From NCBI GenBank assembly GCA_965235115.1, contig OZ249448.1, positions 17,422,001 to 17,486,000 of the forward strand: a DNA stretch of 64,000 bases, read 5' to 3'. The notes under the pieces were generated by a model, which saw only the letters and a list, made by a program, of their open reading frames with translations, was not told where the DNA came from and did not search any database. Position numbers and translations under genes: made by a program. This DNA comes from Laetmonice hystrix. Lineage: Eukaryota. Below are positions 1 through 9,292 of the stretch, one piece after another. The number at the start of each line of letters is the position of its first letter. Positions within the stretch are counted from its first letter, which is position 1.

Positions 1-145
1 CCGATGATGCTTAGCCTTAGCTTAGCTTAGTAAAATACTTTACGCCTGACTTTGCAAGGTTTGAAAACAGGACGCTATTTTTTAATCCGACCTTATCAAA
101 TTTTCTTACCGATAAATTATGGGCTGTTTGGTGTTAAACGGACAC

Positions 146-310
146 ATGGAAACTAGTCCACTGGAAAATTCCTCAAAACGGAACCGTCAAAACGGAGAAC
201 AGAAACGGACACATGGTGTGACATGGAAACGAGTCCACTGGAGGATTCCTCAAAACGGAACCGTGAAGTGGAAACGGATAACAGAAACGTATACACAATC
301 ATGGAAACAG
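146..310. repeat. Degenerate tandem repeat, about 76-bp period, about 2.2 copies
   Basis: catggaaactagtccactggaaaattcctcaaaacggaaccgt (146) vs catggaaacgagtccactggaggattcctcaaaacggaaccgt (222); third start catggaaac at about 299. Confidence 0.7.
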
Positions 311-632
311 GCGCGTGTCCAGGGGAGTCCAGGGGTTCGCCCACTCCTCCCCCAGACCATAGTTTTTTCTTTTAGATTCGAAAGAAATAACGTTGAAAGA
401 GCAAGTGCGAAGCATTCCCGCCCAAACATCTTTCATTTGCCTACAGTAACTAAACTGGAACTCTTCAGTAAATTCGTCTCCGAACTTTGCACTGAGAAAG
501 TAATCATGATATTTGCCTCATTGTGTCTTTGAATCGGTGAAATCAAATAAAGTGTTAAAACGGCGATTTCTTCCGAATACCCCGTGCAATACTTTGTAAG
601 GTAACCGATTCGTATAAAATTCGATGACTTAC

Positions 633-740
633 CTTGAGATTTATTATCTAGGGGCAGTGTGCCTGGGGTGTAGCCGAGAGAAGCCAGCCTGTCATGACAC
701 CAATGGGAGAACTGCTCCGCGATTGCTGGCAGTGACGAGT
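633..740 (-). other. Candidate exon of an unidentified minus-strand gene extending left of the window
   Basis: Consensus donor CAAG|GTAAGT at 633/632, possible acceptor TTATTGACAG at 741, 108-nt open phase-1/phase-1 frame (D)SSLPAIAEQFSHWCHDRLASLGYTPGTLPLDNKSQ(G); product not recognised. Confidence 0.25.
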
Positions 741-2400
741 CTGTCAATAACCTCGCTTCGACCCACTGCCGCCATCTATAGGTCTGTTAGGCGTGCTTGG
801 AGATCACATCTCCCGCTCCCCCACCGTTCTGTTGATTCATCCGTGTAGACCTAGCCTACCTGTTATTTACATATAATTATTGGCCATAAACCATCTGTCC
901 CTCATTTTACATATTTATTTAAAGCGTTTTGCTTCTTTTTCTTTGTTTATTCCCCCCCCCCCCCCCCAGATTGCACCACAACAGTATGAGGGATTTATTT
1001 CCACGGAAATATGATCTTGAAGGCATTCAAGGGGAAATTTTATATCTAATGAATTAAACTCCAGAAGATAATTATGCAGATAAGCCACAACCCCCCCCCC
1101 CCCCCCCCTCCAATTTTAACATAAGAGGCCAAACATCGTTCCTACTGGATTACCTTACACACACACCCCTTCCGGTCCAGGTTAAGAGTTAGATCTCACA
1201 TATTAACTCAAGGAGATTCCATAACACATGTCATGAAATATTCACCAAAAAATCATTCCTTCCCCAGGTTCAGCGAATCCCTGTTATGTAAATATGACAA
1301 AAGCACATACTGGCCGCGGGAAGGCGCTCATGATAAGTCAGAAAAAAATGTCCGAATACACAGAAGGATGTTCTGAATCCACAGAGGGACAAAGATGGAC
1401 TTCGATTGTCTGTGATAAATGCACGTGTACCAACAGCAATGTAAACGGAGACATCTGACATGCCTTCCACAATATCACACATAATATAGTGATGAATTGC
1501 GGCGACTTTGTCGTCGGTAAATTACCCAAGGGAATTGACGCAATAGGCCTGACATGATGCTTACGCATACATAGGGCGCAATCCAGCATTATTAACGTTA
1601 TTTATTTGTATAGGTTGGTTATACAAAGCCGCGATTTTGACGTTATTGAAAAGCGGTCGTATGGGCCAGTTTAGGAAAACCAGTTATTTTAAATCGTACT
1701 TTTCATCCTCAAAATCCACTTAAACTAGACAGTGTAGCCATAGGCCCTACATCTTATGAATACCGAAATAATTCTTCCTCAATATACATTACTTTGGATA
1801 TGTATACCTATTAAATAAAGGTTTAATAAAACATATTTTACTTGTATGGCTACTTGATAGGAGAAAGGCGATAGGCTTATCTTATCTGTAAGCCCGGTAT
1901 CTTCAGGGTCTATATATTTCTGGTTTTAGCTGGCTAGTGTTGGCCTCACAAGCAAAAAAAGATTCTTTCGATTATATACAGGGTGTTTCCAAAGGTTCGA
2001 CTGGATCGAAATTCCCGTTTACATTAATTCAATATCTTCCATCTTTTCCAAACTGCTCTTTGGGGGGGGGGGGGCTACTGGCCACGATTTTTGAAAGGAC
2101 ATTGGCTGAATCTCTAACCCCGATAGAAGTGTACTTTGGTAACAGTCTAATTCCCCCACATGGGCTTAGCCTGGTCCCCAGCTCTATATTGACTACGTAT
2201 ATTGCCTGGTGAAGGCTAATCGAAGCGAGCATTGTGATTGGCCCATCGAAAACATGGACGCAAACGGGTACGGGTAGTTCCGTACCCTCCGTATTTCTCC
2301 AACAAGATACATTTTCGTCAATCCCTTTAAAATACAAGTGTTAAATGTCCTCGCTTTTCTGGATGTAAACATAGCGTCATCGGTCCCCACACCTGCGGTC

Positions 2401-2520
2401 TGCATACGCATGAGCATGATGGCCACTCCCGGCCACGCCCAAAGCAGAAGTCGGTCACTCTGTTAAACCAACGGAACGGAAGCGGAAGTGTTTGGAGTTT
2501 AATTACTTCCATTTCGCGGC
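2401..2520. promoter_or_regulatory. Housekeeping-type promoter motif cluster with no assigned gene
   Basis: NRF1-like tgcatacgcatgagcatg (2401), GC box ggccacgccc (2431), tandem ETS cggaagcggaagtg (2477), E2F-like tttcgcggc (2512). Confidence 0.4.
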
Positions 2521-2808
2521 TTTTGGTCAGCCAGCACCTGGCCTAACATAGCGGATGCGTCTGGTAGGCAGAGGGGACCAGGCTATAATTCCCTAACACC
2601 GACATTGAAAGAATGTGTTGAGAACGTCCATGATTGCATAAGGAAATATTACTTTACTTTATAATCTTAAAATATAATTCCACAGGCCTCATTTTCAGCA
2701 GCAATTATAAGTATCTCTCCTTTAAAGTCCGACTCCTGTTTTGAAAAAGTTTATGTTCTTGGAAGCATTTCCAGGTCGCAGATCCCCTGAATAGCCGTTG
2801 CCCATCAG

Positions 2809-3816
2809 TTACTTTTGCGTATACACGTGGTTTGCGAGGAAGTCGGCGATGCCCTTGCCGATTTCATGCGGAGAGTCTTCCTGTATAAAGTGAAGACCTT
2901 TTACTGTAATTGTTTTCTGATTAGGCCAGTCGGCAACCTGACGCTGAATGATCGGGCTAAAGAACCCAGGCTCAGCATCGACGAACAGCTTCGGTATGGA
3001 GTGCGTTTCTTTCAGCCATGAATAGTACGTCTCTACGATGTCGACCATGTCTTCTGGCCCGGCCGTTTTGACCGGTATGGCCCGGGGCCAGGTGAGTGTT
3101 GGCCGCCGAGACTCGCCCTCCATCCGATACGGTAGACGGTATTCCTCCATCTCCAGCTCTGACAACTCCCGGAATATGGAGCGCGGGAAAAGTACCTCAA
3201 CAAAGAAATTATTCTTCAGAACCATTTCTTCTCCTTTGGGAGTTCTAAGGGTTTGAAAGACACGACGCGCGATTTTAGGCCAGTCATCCCAGGAGGGAAT
3301 GGGGGCGACGAAGGTTTCCATGTAGACGATAGCCTCTACCCTTTCCCTGTTCTCGTAACACCAGTTGAAGCCTAACGCCGAGCCCCAATCATGGCCAACG
3401 ATCGTCACCTTTTCTGGCAGCTGGACCGTTTGAAACCACTCTTTCAGGTAGCGATAGTGATTTGTGAACGAGTAGTCATTATTGGCGAGTTTTGATGAGT
3501 GACCCATGCCGACTAGATCCGGGGCCAGGCAGCGCGCCTGGCCGACCACGTGAGGCATAATGTTCCTCCACAGGTAGGCAGATGTAGGGTTCCCGTGAAG
3601 GAAAATGACCGCCTTGTCCGCCGCCTTGTCGCCAGTGTCCAGGTAACTCATCCGGGCATCGAGAACCTCCACAGACGTGCGCGTGTTGAGGACGGCGTTG
3701 GCGGCACTGGAGCAGGGCGCAGACCGTACCCCTCCCCAGCAGGAGACGCCCACCAGATCACTGACCTTCACATGCCCTCCTAACAGACGACAAGACGCTC
3801 GGAGCACGGCCATCAT
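2809..3816 (-). CDS. Haloalkane dehalogenase / Renilla luciferase-like alpha/beta hydrolase (HLD-II type), single coding exon, 335 aa from the first ATG
   Basis: Motifs FLHGNPTSAYLWR, APDLVGMGHS, VGHDWGSALG (nucleophile Asp plus halide-binding Trp), YMET (acid Glu), RRPTLTWPR and KGLHFIQEDSP (base His). Asn-Asp and Asp-Glu spacings (67 and 24) equal RLuc N53/D120/E144. The ORF-track start at 3885 is GTG; the first ATG is at 3816. Confidence 0.93.
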   Translation of the reverse strand: MMAVLRASCRLLGGHVKVSDLVGVSCWGGVRSAPCSSAANAVLNTRTSVEVLDARMSYLDTGDKAADKAVIFLHGNPTSAYLWRNIMPHVVGQARCLAPDLVGMGHSSKLANNDYSFTNHYRYLKEWFQTVQLPEKVTIVGHDWGSALGFNWCYENRERVEAIVYMETFVAPIPSWDDWPKIARRVFQTLRTPKGEEMVLKNNFFVEVLFPRSIFRELSELEMEEYRLPYRMEGESRRPTLTWPRAIPVKTAGPEDMVDIVETYYSWLKETHSIPKLFVDAEPGFFSPIIQRQVADWPNQKTITVKGLHFIQEDSPHEIGKGIADFLANHVYTQK

Positions 3817-4287
3817 GTTCTCAACCTCAAAACCAAGCGATACTGAAGTGAACGTCCGCAGAAGGACGCCTTTTGCACTTTGCACCTCCTTTACCGGTCG
3901 ACTGATAGGCGCGACAGCCTACAAACTAAGTCGAGGCCTACAAGTACATGTCTTAACCAAGCTCTATAGGTAACATATCGTTTCGATAAAGACCTACTTG
4001 GGTAGCAGCTCCTTCTAGACACATATATACGCACCCCCCCCCCCCCCCCGTCCGCCCCAGATATAGGCCTCGGCCTTTTTTGATACTGAATTGCATGGTC
4101 CCGTTTATAATATGGGCGAGAATGGGTCTCAATTAACAATTATTAGTAATTGTTGAATCTATCCTACGGTTTATTGAAGGCCGCTATATAGGCCACTATT
4201 TTCATGGTAACGCCTCCCATTTTCTCACGTTTCTTTAAATCAGTGCAGGAATATTAACTCAGATTAATCATTGAACTTCCTATACAT

Positions 4288-4580
4288 GCTTTGTGACGAG
4301 AAGATCGATCACTGAACTCCCGCTTTTTGACAGGAAAGATCGATCAACGAACTCCCTGCTCAGTGGCGGATCCAAAGGGGGGGGGGGGCATTGGGGGCAC
4401 GTGCCTCCCGGCAAAACTGAGAACCCCCTTCATATTTACCGGCAACACCCGCACCCCCCCCCCCTGCAACGACCCCTTTGGATCCGCCCCTGCTGTTTTG
4501 TGACAAGAAAGATCGATCACTGAGCTCCCTTCTTCGTGACAAGAAAGATCGATCAATGAACTCCCCGCTTTGTGACAAAA
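4288..4580. repeat. Minisatellite, 34-36 bp unit (gctttgtgacaagaaagatcgatcactgaactccc), about 4.3 copies, interrupted by a MITE
   Basis: Units at about 4288, 4322, 4493, 4530 and a partial copy at 4566. Confidence 0.85.
4361..4492. mobile_element. MITE-like non-autonomous DNA element, 132 bp
   Basis: Terminal inverted repeats CAGTGGCGGATCCAAAGGGG / CCCCTTTGGATCCGCCCCTG (19 of 20 match), internal G- and C-runs, no ORF. Confidence 0.85.
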
Positions 4581-6041
4581 ATTCAACTGCTGTTGTAAAA
4601 TGATTAGGTATAGCCTATACAGAATCTGTCAAGACTTAGTGCAGAGATGCCCAGGCCAGCGCTTATCTTACAACGTCTTGAGGAATCCCGGACACGGATC
4701 TCGAAGGGAGTGGGGCGCCCAGCAGGAAGAACCTAAATACTAGATCTAGGCTAGGCCTATAGTGTATAAGTGGGGGATACCACATGCATGGAAAGCTGAA
4801 AAAGGGCTCTCACAGGGGCTAAGCCAGGAACTGGTAATTATATGCAAATGAAAGTACATTTGTAGAACAGCAAGAACAGCATAGCCGATAAGGCCTACTC
4901 ATGAATTCCAATCACTGCCCCTGGAATAATTAGCGATTTTTCATATCTAGCCTATAAGGGAGGGGGGACTGAACCAAGAAAACATCAAGATAGGTCTAGT
5001 ATTACAGATATAACATAGAACTACAATATAGAATGCCAAAAACGCTATTTCCCGGTACCACTGGAGATCATAATGATGTTTAAAAAGCATGCATGTAGAC
5101 CATGCCGAGCGCAGAGCCGTTTCCTCTTGGGCGCCCACATATTGAATGAAAGGGGAATGCCCCACAATAAATCATGACGTGAACGAGAAAGTGTCAGTGG
5201 GTTTCCCTCACCAGTGGCAGTGGAAGGGTAGATGAGAGTTTCTGTCGACAGTCACTCGCAGAAAGGCAACACCAGCTCAGCTAGCCTAGAGTGATGGGAG
5301 GGGGGTTAGACACGGCTTGTAGACTAGCGGGGACTTTTTATACCGTAAATCTAGGCCTGCTCCTAAGCCCGGAGACAAAAAGTGTGTTCTGGAGCAATTA
5401 AAAAGCTGGCGTAGCGAATTAAATCGCTGATTACTTTTCTACCCTCATCCCTCATCAAACTTTTTCAGTCTATATATACCCCTACCCAGATCGAGGTAGT
5501 TATAATCCTTCCTGTAGGTATTAATGGTATGGGTCCTAAAGGCTTAATTACCTACCATAGATGGTGGCGACGTCTTGCGGTGAAACATCGATCGAATCAG
5601 TTTCGTTGCACATCCATCAGGTCTGCCAAAACGAAATTTTCGCTGTGTTACTGGCCCTTCCAGTTTGATAAAGTTTTTTCCGCAGGCCAGGTCCTCTGAA
5701 TCTTTCAAATCTGCGTCAAATTTTAATGCGTGTTTCAGACGCTTGAAGACCGCGCCATCGTGAACGAGAGCGAGGCGTTTCTGTGACGTAGGCCTAATGG
5801 GCGGAGCGTAGACCTACAGCCACACAGATTCTCAATTAGTTTGGAACCTGAGAGTGGAGAGATTTTTTTATGCCGGATTGAGAGATGGTACCTTAATAAT
5901 GTCGCACGTCTTTTTCTACTTTTTAATACTAGTAAAAGGTACAGCTGATATGAATTTGTAGTTTCAAAGTGATATCTATCGATTCCCTTGTACACAACCA
6001 TTCTTAGTTTGGTTTTCCCTTTGACCGCTAGGGAGAAAGTA

Positions 6042-6183
6042 AGCTGTTTCCCGGTTCCCTCGCTTGGGGGCTCTGTGGTCGACGTCTCGCGTCCAACCGC
6101 TTGGGGCTCTGTGGTCGACGCCTGTGGCCTCACGTCTCACGTCGACCACAGAGCCACCAAGCGAGGGAGCCGGGAAAGAGCTA
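6042..6183. repeat. Foldback (long inverted repeat) element
   Basis: Arms 6047-6085 and 6139-6177 are reverse complements with 2 mismatches in 39 nt; a third direct copy of part of the arm lies in the loop (6098-6120). Confidence 0.85.
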
Positions 6184-6535
6184 AGGTAGAAAGCTGAGCT
6201 TTAGACTGCCCAGTTGACCTGCAGATGGCGCCCGAAGTCAAATGGCAAAAAAGGCTTAACCTACCATCACCTACATTTGGAATAAAACATTAGCATTACC
6301 GCTCGAAGCCTAAAGTTTTGAGAGCCGTCATTTAATATTTTCCCTGCGGGTCACCAAAGCCCTCTACTGTGGACGGCTTTGGGGTCACTGAGTACAGCCA
6401 CATAGTAGGGCTATCGCATATGGACGAATAAACATATTTACTTTCTTTTCATGACAATAAGACTTATTACTTTCGATCTGTTCCTTAAGGACACTTGCAC
6501 AACAACACGAGAAAATGCATTAAAAGACAACATGG

Positions 6536-6541
6536 TTTATT
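6536..6541 (-). terminator. Probable MED13 polyadenylation signal (AATAAA)
   Basis: First canonical AATAAA I found downstream of the stop on the minus strand, followed by a GT/T-rich stretch (GTGTTGTTGTG); implies a 3' UTR of about 2.6 kb. Confidence 0.55.
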
Positions 6542-9159
6542 CTGTCTTGTCTGCTAGGATACATTAATGTCTCTGCACTATCTACGAAAAATAACTTACA
6601 TTTGGTCGTAGAGAATACCTAAAGTCTTGGCGACAGTGCTCAATTCGGAGTGGCTAGCTATAATTGTCTCACTGTATATACAAAAAACATCAGTCATAGC
6701 TGTCGATGTTGACGCCATCAACTTTTGTCATCTCCACGACCCTTTTAACTAGCTGACACGTCCACAGGACGTTTCTCTTCAGCCAGTCTTACATCCCTTC
6801 ACCCCTAAATATACTAGATGGACTCCCCCACAGTGCTTCGGGGAGTGACCATATCTTTTGTGCTGTCGGGGTGGCAGGTTCAATACATATAAATATAATT
6901 TACGCCTCTTTTTATCTGTAACATGATCATTAAAGGTGGTTGCATAACTTACCCTCTGTATATGTATAGTTCAATACGATTTCACTCTTGCAAATACCAC
7001 GACTTGTATAATTTACTGCTGGTCTATAGTGCAAGTCCCTGTGGATGGGCGACCAAGCAGACTTCGTTATGTACACTGCTCATCCAGGGAGGGCTGGACC
7101 TTTAGTGTTACAGCATTCACATTAACTTCCATCAATGTCCCCTTACTACATACAGCCCATTAGTCACTCCGTGCAGACAAGGTCTACTACTTCAAGTTTC
7201 AGAAGTAAGAAAGAAAATCCCCATTTCATATCAAAATCATTCAGTCAGCGTACAGAAAAGTACCTGCTGGGTCTGAATTGTAATTGTGACAGATCTTACA
7301 AGAAGGAGCTGTGTTGACTGGAGGTAGAAAATATGTCTGGATGGTTTGACCCGGTTTGTGAAAGAGGTCAGTTTGTCTCATTGTACCTGTCGCAAAACGT
7401 GAATGGGTTCCCAGCTGTGAGCGTCCCTTGTTTCCGAACTAGAACTAATCATTATACAAGATGGCTCGACCGACTGAGTCTAACAGTAATCTGCAGCGGC
7501 AGCAAGTTGAGGCAGCATAACGTATCGGGTTAGAGGCCACCATATCACAGCATGGCTGCCTCACAATCCAGCATCACTCACTGCCGACATCTCCAAACGA
7601 CAACCGTCAGTGGTATCAACACACGGGGCCGATCCCATACATCAGCCCTTCAATATGAACAGCTTACTTTCATCTAACACCTCACAACCCCCGGACCGGT
7701 TCTAGTACCCCCCCCCCCCCCCCCTCCCTCCACTACTCTCACTATCCCTTCCAACATCTGTGTGATCCTTAAACCCCAGCCATTATCTCCCAGTCAGTCT
7801 TATGAGATCCCACTACAAATCTTTCAGTGTTTATCTATCATAAAGAAAAGATGTAGAAATCAGACCAAATATTCAAGACAGAAGGAAAGGGAATGGGGGA
7901 ATTTCAGACTTCCCAATCTTTATATGTGTGTGAAGTACATAACACAATTGTGTGTTAAACGTTTACTGCAAGCACTGGCGCTTGCAATTGTAAACAAGCA
8001 GAATTTTCTCCCAACTTGTAGGGACAATAATTTGGCAGTTGTCATGAATGACACATACAGAAAAGTACAGAAGAAAACAAAACAGAATCTACAAATTATT
8101 TCATATTCCAAAGTCCCCGGTTATTGACCACAGTGAGTCTGTATTTTAACTGACCAAGACTACCTACACATGATCAGTTCCTGTATCTGATCTCAGTAAT
8201 TGACACGGGTCCTCCAACCAACACAACCACCTGTCTGAGGTGAAACTCCTGCTCGCTAACCTCTCTGTCCTCCTACCAATATCACTTGCTTCATTTTGCT
8301 TTATATGGTTTGATTACTAAAGATCCCTGATTGCAATGCTGTCCTTTGGCTCGTCTCAAGTCTCTATGTCCTCGCGCAGGCACTGCGCTCTGTGTGTGAC
8401 TTGTGTAGGTTTTGTGTACGTGTATGCATGTCGATGTGTGCTTGTCTGTTCTGTGCTTTGTTCTGGCGGAGGCCATTGACTTGTCCCATGTTGCACTGAA
8501 CCTCGTTGGTTTTTCTTCACACACAAATCAGTGACAGCTTGGCCCAATGTATGGGGTCATAACGTTCCGTCAACGAAGGCGGCAGAACGCAGGGAACTGT
8601 CACTGGCGTGCCCAGGGTGACACAATGTCCTCCCGGCGTTCCAGCCCCTGTCCTTCAATAGAAATCTTTTGCCATGAAGTCACTATGATGGTGGAAGCAG
8701 AACGTGTCGTCTGCCATTGCTGATGCCCATTTTAGCCACTAGGGGGCGACTGCTCCGTGCTCGTGTTTTCATCAGCCTATGGGCTGGCTTGCTGCTATAT
8801 GTACATATGAAAGATATCGGAATGCTGCCTTTCGTTTTTTTACTGAGATTGAGGGACGAATGTCGTTTCCTCTAAACATCAACGTGAGCCGGCCCTGTGC
8901 ACAGCTGGAACGGTAATACTGCATCGCTGTGCTGCCCTCTATGGCCACATACTGGAACTACTGTCCATGCCACCAAACCTCAACAGTAACAACGTGTCCG
9001 TCTGCTGTCAACCATTCAACATCACAGCCATATTTTGGGTGCTGGCAGCAGGCCCCACAGACCCCACTACTCCCCACACCAGTTGGTACCCTGAAGCGTT
9101 CATATAATTATCATAGAAAACTGTAGGTTGATGTGCTGTTTCGGCACAGCCGTTGGATG

Positions 9160-9292
9160 TTATACAAAGGCCTCGATGGCGTGGTAGAGCTGCATAAGCA
9201 CCATGAAGTGGGCGGGCAGGCACGACCGACGGTCGTTGGTTGTCGGGTCCACCGTCAACCAGGAGAGGGCGTTGTAGTTCTCCAGCACGTAC
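9160..9292 (-). CDS. MED13: MED13 terminal coding exon 28
   Basis: [43 protein letters not shown], stop TAA. Confidence 0.96.

Noticed and set aside
119-532. 137-aa plus-strand ORF
   Set aside because: Spans the 76-bp tandem repeat, whose period is not a multiple of 3; no recognisable domain
1348-1459. Short peptide ...EGQRWTSIVCDKCTCTNSNV resembling a VWC/pacifastin fragment
   Set aside because: Only 37 codons, lacks the remaining cysteines and clear splice sites; similarity too weak
3883-3891. Perfect Shine-Dalgarno-like AAGGAGGTG on the minus strand upstream of the bacterial-type dehalogenase
   Set aside because: It overlaps the in-frame GTG rather than preceding it by 5-10 nt, is about 70 nt from the first ATG, and the next GTG is out of frame; most likely chance in a eukaryotic context
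4288-4580. About 35-bp repeats with an internal palindrome, superficially CRISPR-like
   Set aside because: Units are directly adjacent with no unique spacers, the only interruption is a MITE, there are no cas genes, and the DNA is eukaryotic
5735-6197. ORFs 5735-6133 (-) and 5988-6197 (+) with repeated STTEP / VVD motifs
   Set aside because: Peptide repeats are explained by the foldback element arms
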